A DNA stretch of 64,000 nt from Patescibacteria group bacterium (GTDB lineage: Bacteria > Patescibacteriota > Minisyncoccia > Phycocordibacterales > PALSA-1337). The DNA lies in contig JAGXAG010000001.1 of assembly GCA_018971685.1 (NCBI GenBank), forward strand, positions 90,396 to 154,395. The letters run 5' to 3'. Below the pieces are notes generated by a model, which saw only the letters and a list, made by a program, of their open reading frames with translations, was not told where the DNA came from and made no database searches. Position numbers and translations under genes: made by a program. The stretch's first letter is position 1; every line of letters starts with the position of its first letter. Below are positions 1-9,515 of the stretch, one piece after another.

Positions 1-4
1 GGTC

Positions 5-538
5 TTGATCGGCATATTCGCTTTGGCGGGACTCATATTCTGGTGGCGGCGCACTTCCACAGGCAAACGGTTCGACCATTTTTTGATATTGAAATTGCCG
101 GTCTTAGGATCTTTGGTCCAGGAAGTAAATGCGGCGCGAACAGCCCGCACGCTCTCGTCGTTGTTGTCGGCTGGCGTGGATGTGGTCGAGTCGATCCAAA
201 TAACCTCGGAAGTGGTGCAAAATGTGCGCTTCCGCGCGGTACTTTCGCGCGCCAAGGACGCGATCAAAAAAGGCGATTTGATGTCGAAGGTCTTCAGCGC
301 CGGAGATAATCTGTATCCGATTTTCTTATCGGAAATGATGAGCGTCGGTGAAGAGACTGGCAAAATAGGGGAGATGCTTCTGGGAGTGGCGAAATATTAC
401 GAGGATGATATTGAGATCAAAACCAAGGACATGTCTACAATCGTCGAGCCTGTTCTCATGGTTATCATCGCCGCCGCGGTCGGCTTTTTCGCGGTTTCGA
501 TGATTTCGCCCATCTACTCGCTCGTGAGCGCGATGTGA
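5..538 (+). CDS. pilC: Type IV pilus/T2SS inner-membrane platform protein PilC/GspF (C-terminal part, 5' truncated)
   Basis: GspF motifs ARTLSSLLSAGV, VGEETGKIGEML, VEPVLMV. Confidence 0.9.
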   Translation: MIGIFALAGLIFWWRRTSTGKRFDHFLILKLPVLGSLVQEVNAARTARTLSSLLSAGVDVVESIQITSEVVQNVRFRAVLSRAKDAIKKGDLMSKVFSAGDNLYPIFLSEMMSVGEETGKIGEMLLGVAKYYEDDIEIKTKDMSTIVEPVLMVIIAAAVGFFAVSMISPIYSLVSAM

Positions 539-622
539 TTCTCGGGCCCCAACCTTATTTTTTCTGTACGGCATCGGAATGCAGGAATACATACGTCCGA
601 CATGTGTTACAATTGATGCAAG

Positions 623-2416
623 ATGTGTGACAATTCTAACAAAGGCTTCACATTGATCGAAATATTGGTCGGTGCGGCGGTATTCGTGGTCATAGCCATC
701 GCGGCCTATAATGCATTCGTGTCATTATCTCAGCTCATAAGGCTCGATCAAGACAGAGTGTTGGCCATCGAATTGGCTGACGAACAGTTCGAGATCGCGC
801 GCAATATGCCATACACCAATGTCGGCGTCGAAGGCAGTATACCGAGCGGCAGTATTCCCCATATCCAAACGCTTGTCCGCGGCGGCGTCACATTCACGGT
901 CACGACCATTGTGAGGAATATCGATTTGCCTTTCGACGGTACCGCCGGAGGCGTGCCCAATGACCTGTCGCCGGCTGACAACAAACTGGTGCAAATAACC
1001 GTGTCCTGCGATACTTGTAATAATTTCCAAAATATTGTTTTGACCGGACAAGTTGCGCCCAAGAACTTGGAAGAGGCGTCGACCAATGGTTCGTTGTTCA
1101 TACGCGTTTTTGATGCCAACGGCCAGCCGGTGCAAAACGCGTCCGTCCATGTGGTCAATGTGGCTACGACTACGACAATTGTTATTGACGATGTTACCGA
1201 CGCCAACGGCATGTTGCAACTTGTAGACATTCCGCCTGGGAACAATGCATACCGGGTTACGGTGACAAAAACCGGCTACTCGACTGATCGCACTTACCCA
1301 CCCAATGATCCCACCAACCCCAATCCTTCGAAACCCGACGCAACCGTCGTCGCACAGCAAGTAACCCAGGTAAGTTTTGCAATAGATAAATTGAGCACTT
1401 TGCATTTTTCGTCGGTAACTCCGACCTGCACCCCGGTGGGTAATTTTGCTTTTAATCTTACCGGTGCAAAGCAGATAGGCCAGAATCTTCCGAAATATTC
1501 CGCAAATCAGACAACGGATGCCGGCGGAACGCTTGATCTGAACAATATGGAATGGGATTCCTATACTGTTACGCCGACAGACTCGACTCATTATTTGACG
1601 GGTGTAAACCCGTTGAATCCCGTAGCGTTGAATCCCGGAAGCTCTCAAAATATACAACTGATCGTTGTTCCGCAGGATTCTAATGCGCTTTTAGTGACAG
1701 TGAAAGATTCTTCGACAGGATTGCCGCTTACCGGCGCGGCGGTCGAACTGGCCGGTCCGGGCGGTTATGACAAGACATTAACGACCGGCCAAGGCTTCTT
1801 GTCGCAAACAGATTGGTCCGGTGGACCTGGCCAAGTCGACTTTACCGATAACACGAAATATTTTGCCGATGACGGTAATGTGGATACTTCGACAACGAGC
1901 GGAGATATCGTATTACGGAATGCCTTCGGACAATATAACCAGAGCGGCATGCTGGAGTCGTCCACTTTCGATACCGGCTCCGCCAGCAACTTCTTTTCGC
2001 TTATTTGGTCTCCTACAGATCAACCGCAGCTAGCCGGTCCGAATGCGGTAAAAATGCAATTTGCAACAAATGCCACCATTACACCGACGACCACATGGTC
2101 ATTTATCGGTCCCGACGGTACCGCAGGCAGTTATTATATCTCGTCAATCTCATCGTTAAATGCCATCCATAATGGCAATGAATATGCGCGTTATCGCGTT
2201 TATCTTTCCACAAATACGGCAACCGTCACTCCCAATGTATCCAATGTTGCCTTTACTTATACCTCGGCGTGCGTGCCATCCGGTCAGGTTATATTCACGG
2301 GACTTGCAACCGGTACTTATACCGTGACTGTTTCGAAATCGGGCTATTCCAATTTTACCGTCGCAGTGTCAGTATCGAACGGCTGGCAGGAAGAGCAGGT
2401 GTTGCTCGGGCCGTAA
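623..2416 (+). CDS. Large prepilin-type minor pilin with carboxypeptidase-regulatory-like and beta-sandwich domains
   Basis: N-terminal KGFTLIEILV class III signal; follows pilC. Confidence 0.85.
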   Translation: MCDNSNKGFTLIEILVGAAVFVVIAIAAYNAFVSLSQLIRLDQDRVLAIELADEQFEIARNMPYTNVGVEGSIPSGSIPHIQTLVRGGVTFTVTTIVRNIDLPFDGTAGGVPNDLSPADNKLVQITVSCDTCNNFQNIVLTGQVAPKNLEEASTNGSLFIRVFDANGQPVQNASVHVVNVATTTTIVIDDVTDANGMLQLVDIPPGNNAYRVTVTKTGYSTDRTYPPNDPTNPNPSKPDATVVAQQVTQVSFAIDKLSTLHFSSVTPTCTPVGNFAFNLTGAKQIGQNLPKYSANQTTDAGGTLDLNNMEWDSYTVTPTDSTHYLTGVNPLNPVALNPGSSQNIQLIVVPQDSNALLVTVKDSSTGLPLTGAAVELAGPGGYDKTLTTGQGFLSQTDWSGGPGQVDFTDNTKYFADDGNVDTSTTSGDIVLRNAFGQYNQSGMLESSTFDTGSASNFFSLIWSPTDQPQLAGPNAVKMQFATNATITPTTTWSFIGPDGTAGSYYISSISSLNAIHNGNEYARYRVYLSTNTATVTPNVSNVAFTYTSACVPSGQVIFTGLATGTYTVTVSKSGYSNFTVAVSVSNGWQEEQVLLGP

Positions 2417-2435
2417 TTAATGCGATAATAATACA

Positions 2436-3038
2436 GTGACTTCTCGCGCCTTCACATTGGTCGAAGTAATAGTCGCCATTTCCATAATGGTTATCGTTAT
2501 GGTCGCCGTGGCCGCTTTTGAATACGATGTGCTCGATTATAATCGCCAATCGCAGGAATCTCTGAATAATATCACCGACGCCGAAAACATATTGAAATTC
2601 ATGATCAAGGAATTGCGCACCATGTCGCCATCGGCTTCCGGATCGTATCCTATATTAAATGCCGCAACCAGTACGATCACTTTCTATTCCGATGTTAATG
2701 GCGACGGCGTGAATGATCAAGTTAGGTATTATTTGGCCTCGACCACGCTGTACCGAGGAGTTACGATCCCTTCGGGTACGCCGCCGGTTTACAATTCCGG
2801 CAATGAAACGATCTCGATCATAGCCAATGATGTGCGCAATTCACCGTCTTTTCCGGTCTTTGAATACTTCGACGGCAATTACGACGGAACCACGGCACCG
2901 CTCTCGTATCCGCTGAATCTGGCAGTCATCAGGTTGGTCAAAGTCAACCTGACTCTGGATACTACACCGGACAGGTCGCCGTTGCCGGTAACTTATACTG
3001 CACAAGCAACCCTGCGAAATTTAAAGGATAATTTGTAG
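2436..3038 (+). CDS. Prepilin-type minor pilin (PilW/GspJ-like)
   Basis: RAFTLVEVIV signal; C-terminal LRN typical of CPR minor pilins. Confidence 0.85.
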   Translation: MTSRAFTLVEVIVAISIMVIVMVAVAAFEYDVLDYNRQSQESLNNITDAENILKFMIKELRTMSPSASGSYPILNAATSTITFYSDVNGDGVNDQVRYYLASTTLYRGVTIPSGTPPVYNSGNETISIIANDVRNSPSFPVFEYFDGNYDGTTAPLSYPLNLAVIRLVKVNLTLDTTPDRSPLPVTYTAQATLRNLKDNL

Positions 3039-3085
3039 AAGACGGTTCGATTTCCAATTGACTTGGTTGATCTAATTTCTAAAAA

Positions 3086-4534
3086 ATGACCAAATTTAAG
3101 TTTTTGATCAAAAACGGTAAATCATGCAAAAACGGAGACATTCTGATCTCTGTGCTAGTTTTTTCTGCGATCGCGATCACGGTAACTATTGCTTTGGTAA
3201 ATTGGGCGGCGACAGTGCTTAAGACCACACGGCTTCTGCAGGTTCGTGAACAGGCGTTCCAAATAGCTGAAGCGGGGATAGATTATTACCGATGGCATTT
3301 GGCGCATGCGCAGTCCGACTATCAAGACGGTACCGGCGTTGCCGGGCCATATGTGCACGATTTCACGGACGCGTCCGGCAATATCATAGGCCAATTCTCG
3401 CTCAACATAACGCCGCCGCCGATCGGTTCAACTATCGTAAAAATAAAATCTACCGGCACGGTCTCGTCGAATCCATCGGTGAAAAGGAGTATTTTGGCGA
3501 CAATGGCCATACCGTCTCTGGCAAAATTCGCGGTAGTAGCCAACGATAACATGCGTTTTGGCGCCGGCACGGAAGTTTTCGGACCGGTACAGTCGAATGG
3601 CGGCATAAGATTTGATGGTCTGGCTCACAACCTCATTTCGAGTTCCGAGACAACATACACCGATCCTGATACAGGGTTAACCGAATTTGGAGTTTATACG
3701 ACTGTTACGCCGCAAGATCCGCAACCGCCGGCGGCCGTGCCTTACCGCCCGGATGTGTTTATGGCGGGCAGACAATTCCCGGTGCCGGCTTTCGACTTTA
3801 CGGGACTGACTGTCGATCTGTCGCAAATCAAGGCGAACGCACAATCGGGTGGCGAATATTTCAGTTCTTCGGGTAAGCAAGGTTATCATATAATCTTGAA
3901 AACCAACGATACTTTTGACTTGTACAAGGTGAAATCTTTACAATCGGCTTCGAGCTGGTGTTCGTATTATGATAACGGCCAGGCGAATTGGGGGACATGG
4001 AGTATCAGCCAGCAGCAATTCGTCGGCAACTATCCGTTCCCGGCGAATGGATTGATATTTGTGGAAGATAATTTGTGGATTGACGGACAAATCAACGGTG
4101 CGCGGCTAACGATCGCCGCCGGCCAATTCCCGGACAATCCGACGACCAGGAGAAGTATTACGGTAAATTCGAATTTGGTTTACACGAATTACGATGGATC
4201 GGACACACTGGCGCTAATAGCGCAAGGAGATGTCAATGTGGGGCTTAACAGCGCGGACACTTTGCGAATCGACGGCGCTTTGGTGGCGCAAAACGGCAGG
4301 GTCGGAAGGTATTACTATTCTTCTTATTGCGGCTCGAATTATAAGCGGACCAGTATTACGACGGATGGGATGATCGCGACAAATCAACGGTATGGTTTCG
4401 CTTACACGGACGGCACTGGTTATCAGACGCGTGATATCATTTATGACAGTAATCTTCTTTACGGTCCGCCGCCGTCGTTTCCGCTGACCTCGGACCAATA
4501 TCAGACGATTTCCTGGCAGGAAGTAAGTCCGTAA
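3086..4534 (+). CDS. PilX-like minor pilin
   Basis: G-xIL hydrophobic N-terminus lacking E5; AFQIAEAGIDY motif. Confidence 0.75.
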   Translation: MTKFKFLIKNGKSCKNGDILISVLVFSAIAITVTIALVNWAATVLKTTRLLQVREQAFQIAEAGIDYYRWHLAHAQSDYQDGTGVAGPYVHDFTDASGNIIGQFSLNITPPPIGSTIVKIKSTGTVSSNPSVKRSILATMAIPSLAKFAVVANDNMRFGAGTEVFGPVQSNGGIRFDGLAHNLISSSETTYTDPDTGLTEFGVYTTVTPQDPQPPAAVPYRPDVFMAGRQFPVPAFDFTGLTVDLSQIKANAQSGGEYFSSSGKQGYHIILKTNDTFDLYKVKSLQSASSWCSYYDNGQANWGTWSISQQQFVGNYPFPANGLIFVEDNLWIDGQINGARLTIAAGQFPDNPTTRRSITVNSNLVYTNYDGSDTLALIAQGDVNVGLNSADTLRIDGALVAQNGRVGRYYYSSYCGSNYKRTSITTDGMIATNQRYGFAYTDGTGYQTRDIIYDSNLLYGPPPSFPLTSDQYQTISWQEVSP

Positions 4535-4616
4535 TCGGACCTTGAATTAGACAGTGGCTGCAATTACTGTTTTGCGCGGGGCGGCGCAGAGGCCGGGACT
4601 GTGGTAATATATCGGC

Positions 4617-5381
4617 ATGAGTAATAGACGATTGGTGGTGGGAAATTGGAAAATGAATCCGGGCACGCTCGCGGAGGCAAAGAAGATTGCGCGGAAAGTG
4701 AAGAGGGCGGCGGCGGGATTGGAAAAGACGGAGGTGGTAATATGCCCGCCGTTTACTTTTGTGGCGGCGGTAAAGCCGAGGCAAAAGTCGAAAAACTTCG
4801 CATTGGGCGCGCAATCGGTGTCGGTGGAAGAAGGAGTCGGGGCGCATACGGGGGAAGTGAGCGCGGCGATGCTCTCGGATATCGGCGCGGAATTTGCGAT
4901 CGTCGGACATTCGGAGCAGAGGAAAAAGGGCGATACGGACGAAATGGTTGCCCAGCGTTTGAAGGCGGCGCTCGACGGCGGCCTGACGCCGATTGTCTGT
5001 GTGGGCGAAACGGTGCGGGACAAGGCGGGCGCTTACATGGAAGGACTGAAAGATCAGATCAAAAACAGTTTGGCCTTGGCGCCGAAGATCGCGGCGAAAA
5101 ACATCATTATCGCCTATGAGCCCGTATGGGCGATCGGCGCGAAAGAGCCGATGGTGGCGGACCAAATCTACGAAACATCGATTTTCGTAAAGAAGGCGTT
5201 TGCAGACATTTTCGGCTCGGCGAACGGCCTAAAAGTGAGAGTGTTATACGGCGGCGCGGTCAACTTCCGGAACGCTTATGAGATCATGACTGCGGGCAAA
5301 GTCGACGGACTCCTGGTGGGACGCGAGAGCGTCAACACGCCCGGATTTATCGAGCTTTTGAAGGCGGTTGATAGGATTTGA
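4617..5381 (+). CDS. tpiA: Triosephosphate isomerase
   Basis: GNWKMN, VGHSE, AYEPVWAIG, LYGG motifs. Confidence 0.97.
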   Translation: MSNRRLVVGNWKMNPGTLAEAKKIARKVKRAAAGLEKTEVVICPPFTFVAAVKPRQKSKNFALGAQSVSVEEGVGAHTGEVSAAMLSDIGAEFAIVGHSEQRKKGDTDEMVAQRLKAALDGGLTPIVCVGETVRDKAGAYMEGLKDQIKNSLALAPKIAAKNIIIAYEPVWAIGAKEPMVADQIYETSIFVKKAFADIFGSANGLKVRVLYGGAVNFRNAYEIMTAGKVDGLLVGRESVNTPGFIELLKAVDRI

Positions 5382-5426
5382 AAAATACGAGTTATCTTGT
5401 TTATAGATTGATTTGCCTTATATACA

Positions 5427-6554
5427 ATGAGATCAATAACTGAAATCGAATATTTCGATGGGGTTAAAATATTGGTGAGAGCGGACTTTAATGTGCCCAT
5501 AAAAAACGGCGCGGTGACTGATGATTTTCGCATAAGGACAGCTTTGCCGACCATTAATTTTCTTTGCGAAAAAGGGGCGAAAGTGATATTGATGAGCCAC
5601 TTAGAAGTCAAAGAAGGCGAAAAAGCAACACTGGCGCCGGTGGCCGAAGTGTTGAAGAAGCTTGGTCGGGAAGTCAAATTCATATCAAACATAAGAGATG
5701 CCAACGAATTCATAGACCATGAATTGGACAACGGCCAATGCGTCCTTTTGGAAAATCTTCGCTTGAATGAAGGCGAGAAGAAAAATGACCGTAAATTCGC
5801 CGAAGAATTGGCTTCGCTGGCCGACATATTCGTTAACGAGGCTTTCTCGGCTTGCCACAGGAAACACGCGTCGATCGTCGGTGTGCCCAAATTCTTGCCA
5901 AGTTATGCCGGTTTTCAGCTGGAAAAAGAAGTCAAGAATCTATCCCAAGCCTTCAACCCAGCGCATCCGTTCATTTTCATTTTGAGCGGCGCCAAATTCG
6001 AGACAAAATTGCCTTTGCTGGAAAAATTCTTGCGGATTGCGGATACGGTTTTTGTCGGCGGCGCGCTGGCTAACGACATATTCAAGGCCAAGGGCTATGA
6101 AACGGGAAGGTCGGTAGTGTCTGATGGAAGCGTTGATTTGTCGAAGTATTTAAGTAATCCGAAATTGACGGTGCCGGTTGATGTTGTTATCGAAAATAAT
6201 GAAATCAAGGCGCCGGATTTATTGGGCAAAGATGAGAAAATAGTCGATGCCGGGCCGGCGACGGTCGAATCGTTGCGCGGAAAAATAAATGCCGCCAAAT
6301 TTATTCTCTGGAACGGGCCGCTGGGGCTCTATGAAGACGGATTCACGGCCGCTACGGCCGGAGTGACGCGAATAGTTGCTGATCATACTTCCGAAAACAA
6401 AAATGTGATGTCGATCGTCGGCGGCGGCGATACGGTCGCGGCCATCGAATCGCTCGGCATTTCCGACAAGTTCACCTTTCTCTCCACCGGCGGCGGCGCG
6501 ATGCTCGATTTCCTCGCCCAAGGCAATTTGCCCGGGATTGAAGCGTTGGGCTGA
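5427..6554 (+). CDS. pgk: Phosphoglycerate kinase
   Basis: RADFNVP, LENLR, WNGPLG, GGGDT, STGGGA motifs. Confidence 0.97.
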   Translation: MRSITEIEYFDGVKILVRADFNVPIKNGAVTDDFRIRTALPTINFLCEKGAKVILMSHLEVKEGEKATLAPVAEVLKKLGREVKFISNIRDANEFIDHELDNGQCVLLENLRLNEGEKKNDRKFAEELASLADIFVNEAFSACHRKHASIVGVPKFLPSYAGFQLEKEVKNLSQAFNPAHPFIFILSGAKFETKLPLLEKFLRIADTVFVGGALANDIFKAKGYETGRSVVSDGSVDLSKYLSNPKLTVPVDVVIENNEIKAPDLLGKDEKIVDAGPATVESLRGKINAAKFILWNGPLGLYEDGFTAATAGVTRIVADHTSENKNVMSIVGGGDTVAAIESLGISDKFTFLSTGGGAMLDFLAQGNLPGIEALG

Positions 6555-6597
6555 TTGATGCACATGTCGGACATGTGCGCGAGGTTTTAGCGGACTT

Positions 6598-6981
6598 TTA
6601 TTGCACCAAAGCGGCAATAATCTTCTTTTTGTTCTCCTCAAAGTCATCTTTGTCACCATCGACTTCAGGGTTCGGAAACACCCAGATATGCGCGTGGGGA
6701 ACTTCATCGCCGACAATGCGGGAAAGAATCCAGTCAGTGCCAAAAGCTTTTTGTTGCGCCCTGGCGATCTTTTGCGCCACGGCGAAATAATCGCCAATGC
6801 CGCCTTTGCCGGTATTGGGCAGATCCCATACCCAGCGGTAATGTTTTTTCGGAATTACCTGCACATGGCCCGGCGCGCGCGGATGAATGTCTAGAAAAGC
6901 GATGAAATCGTCATCTTCGTAAACAATGTGCGCCGGAATTTCTTTATTGGCGATTTTGCAGAAAATGCAATCGGTTGACAT
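6598..6981 (-). CDS. HIT family nucleotide-binding protein
   Basis: DCIFCKI N-terminus; VPHAHIW variant of HxHxH. Confidence 0.9.
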   Translation of the reverse strand: MSTDCIFCKIANKEIPAHIVYEDDDFIAFLDIHPRAPGHVQVIPKKHYRWVWDLPNTGKGGIGDYFAVAQKIARAQQKAFGTDWILSRIVGDEVPHAHIWVFPNPEVDGDKDDFEENKKKIIAALVQ

Positions 6982-6987
6982 GGGTAT

Positions 6988-7045
6988 AGTATATCATGCA
7001 CCGGTCCGACCGGTGTACACCGGTCGGACCGGTGCATGATATACT
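6988..7045. promoter_or_regulatory. Perfect 58-bp palindrome giving an extended -10 (TGATATACT) in both directions for the divergent HIT and recJ genes
   Basis: AGTATATCATGCACCGGTCCGACCGGTGT followed by its exact reverse complement; ATGs lie 6 and 7 nt from each TATACT. Confidence 0.7.
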
Positions 7046-7052
7046 CAAACAC

Positions 7053-8801
7053 ATGAAATATTCGATCAGGCGGCAACTTTCGAATGAAGAATTGACTAAA
7101 TTGGCGACATTTCCGCCTCTGGTGGCACATTTGTTATTTCACAGGGGAATATCAGACGGGAACGCCGCGGAAAAATTCATGGTGCCGGATTACGAACGCG
7201 ATACCCATGATCCGTTATTGCTCCAAGATGCCGGTAAGGCCGCCGCGCGTATCATTCAAGCAATAAAGAATGATGAAAAGACGGTGATATATGCAGACTA
7301 TGATGCCGATGGCATACCCGGCGCCGTTATTTTCGACCAACTGTTCAAGAAAATCGGCTTTAAAAATTATTTCGTCTATATTCCGCATCGCCACGACGAA
7401 GGATTCGGCTTGAACGAAGACGCTGTTCTCGAATTTGCGGAGCAGGGAGTGAAGCTCGCGATCACGATCGACTGCGGCATTACCGACAAAACCGCGCTCG
7501 AGCTCGCCTTCGGCAAAGGTATAGATATCATCGTTACCGATCATCACGAGCAGCCAGAAGCCGGATTGCCGCCGGCCTATGCCGTTGTCGATCCCAAAAG
7601 GAACGATTGTGCGTATCCGGACAAGAACATCTGCGGCGCCGGCGTCGCTTACAAACTCATTCAGGCCGTACTCGGCGTCGACAGTTTCGGCATAAAGAAA
7701 GGGTGGGAAAAGTGGCTGCTAGACATGGTCGGCGTCGCTACGCTCTCGGACATGGTGCCTTTGACCGGTGAAAATCGCGTTTTTTCCCATTATGGCCTGC
7801 AAGTCTTGCGCAAATCGCCGCGCAAAGGCCTGAATGAATTGCTCGGCAAGCTCAGGATCTCGAAAAAACATTTGACCGAAGATGATATCGGCTTTATGAT
7901 CACGCCGCGCATCAATGCCGCCTCGCGCATGGGCGTGCCCATGGACGCATTCAATCTTTTGTCGGCCGAAAATGACATCCTGGCGGCCAAATATGCCGAA
8001 CGCCTGGACGCCGTCAACAACGAGCGGAAAGCGGCGGTTGCGGTACTGGTCAAAGAAGTCAAACGGACGATCAGGGAACGGTATGGTGAGAATATCACCG
8101 CCGTGATCGTGCTCGGCAATCCCGTTTGGCGCCCGTCGCTCCTGGGACTTGCCGCCAACACCTGCGCCGCCGAATTCAACCGACCGGTTTTCCTCTGGGG
8201 CCGCGACGGCGGCAATATTATCAAAGGGTCATGCCGCTCCGAAGGCCGCACCAATGTCGTAGAATTAATGCGCGCCGTACCGGGCGGAGTCTTTTCCCAA
8301 TTTGGCGGGCACAAACATTCGGGCGGCTTCGCGGTATCGAACGATCAAGTATATTTTTTGGAAAAACATTTGAACGAAGCCGACGAAAAAACCAAAAACC
8401 AAAAACCAAAAATAAAGAATTCGGAACAAGAAAGCGGCCTTGGCGAAGAGGATTTCATCGACGCGGAGCTGGCTTTGGGAGCCGTTGATTGGGAATTGTA
8501 CGAAGATATTTCCAAATTGGCGCCGTTCGGGAAGGATAATCCGAAGCCGGTATTTTTATTTAGGAATGTAATGCCGGCCGAGGTCAGACGGTTTGGCAAG
8601 GGCAAAGAGCATATAGGCGTGGATTTTAAGCGCCTCAACGGTTCGCGCTTGTCGGCGATTTCATTCTTCGGCGCCGAAAATGAATGGGCCGGCGAAATAA
8701 AAACAGGAAAACCGATTGACATGATCGCTTCACTGGAAAAATCGATATTTAGGGGAAAAATCGAGCTCAGATTGAGAATATTTGATATTATTTCGTTATG
8801 A
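7053..8801 (+). CDS. recJ: Single-stranded-DNA exonuclease RecJ
   Basis: DYDADG, DCG, DHH, PRINAASR, GGH motifs; ATG 7053 preferred. Confidence 0.95.
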   Translation: MKYSIRRQLSNEELTKLATFPPLVAHLLFHRGISDGNAAEKFMVPDYERDTHDPLLLQDAGKAAARIIQAIKNDEKTVIYADYDADGIPGAVIFDQLFKKIGFKNYFVYIPHRHDEGFGLNEDAVLEFAEQGVKLAITIDCGITDKTALELAFGKGIDIIVTDHHEQPEAGLPPAYAVVDPKRNDCAYPDKNICGAGVAYKLIQAVLGVDSFGIKKGWEKWLLDMVGVATLSDMVPLTGENRVFSHYGLQVLRKSPRKGLNELLGKLRISKKHLTEDDIGFMITPRINAASRMGVPMDAFNLLSAENDILAAKYAERLDAVNNERKAAVAVLVKEVKRTIRERYGENITAVIVLGNPVWRPSLLGLAANTCAAEFNRPVFLWGRDGGNIIKGSCRSEGRTNVVELMRAVPGGVFSQFGGHKHSGGFAVSNDQVYFLEKHLNEADEKTKNQKPKIKNSEQESGLGEEDFIDAELALGAVDWELYEDISKLAPFGKDNPKPVFLFRNVMPAEVRRFGKGKEHIGVDFKRLNGSRLSAISFFGAENEWAGEIKTGKPIDMIASLEKSIFRGKIELRLRIFDIISL

Positions 8802-9286
8802 TTAAAATCTTTACGGATGGCTCGTCTCGAGGCAATCCCGGACCGGGAGGGTGGGGAGCAATAGTGCAGATCGAAAGTGAGAAGTCAAAAATGAAAAATG
8901 GCGGTGCGGCGACGAGAGAGCTGGGAGGGAGGGAAAATTCGACGACGAATAACAGAATGGAGTTAAAAGCGGCAATTGAAGCGCTAAGGTATGTTAAAAC
9001 ATTAAATATCGGCAGCGATGAAACGGTGGAAATCAATTCTGACTCGGAATATGTGGTTAAAGGCATGACGCAATGGATCTATGGTTGGAAAAGGAAAGGA
9101 TGGACAGGCAGCGCCAAGAAGCCGGTGATGAACAGGGACTTGTGGGAAGATCTCGATTTGGCCGCTTCAGGACTGAATGTTAGGTGGAATCATGTGGCCG
9201 GCCATTCCGGACATGCGGAAAATGAAAGATGCGATAAAATCGCCACCGATTTTGCCGACGGCAAGGAAATCGAACTGCAAGAATGA
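8798..9286 (+). CDS. rnhA: Ribonuclease HI
   Basis: TDGSSRGNPGPGGWG, TTNNRMEL, DSEY, HSGHAENERCD. Confidence 0.95.
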   Translation: MIKIFTDGSSRGNPGPGGWGAIVQIESEKSKMKNGGAATRELGGRENSTTNNRMELKAAIEALRYVKTLNIGSDETVEINSDSEYVVKGMTQWIYGWKRKGWTGSAKKPVMNRDLWEDLDLAASGLNVRWNHVAGHSGHAENERCDKIATDFADGKEIELQE

Positions 9287-9406
9287 TTTCCCCGTAACAA
9301 TATGTTCCGTTCCAACAAGTTCCAAATTGAATCGGGGATTTGGAGGTCGCCGTTTTTCATTTCGCGTAACTCCTTGAAAAGGAACACATTGTTGCGGGGA
9401 AATCAT
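9283..9406. repeat. Palindromic element with 26-bp terminal inverted repeats (2 mismatches)
   Basis: ATGATTTCCCCGTAACAATATGTTCC versus GGAACACATTGTTGCGGGGAAATCAT; contains the rnhA stop codon. Confidence 0.75.
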
Positions 9407-9515
9407 GCGTTTATCGGACAATTCGATGTTATCAAAATGTTATCAGTTCGTAATCGGACCGTAATCTCACTCTGATATCGTTGATCGGATCCTGCGTTCG
9501 GGATCCGATCTTTCG

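Noticed and set aside
6996-7052. N-terminal extension of RecJ
   Set aside because: It is translation of the palindrome; ATG 7053 fits the -10 spacing.
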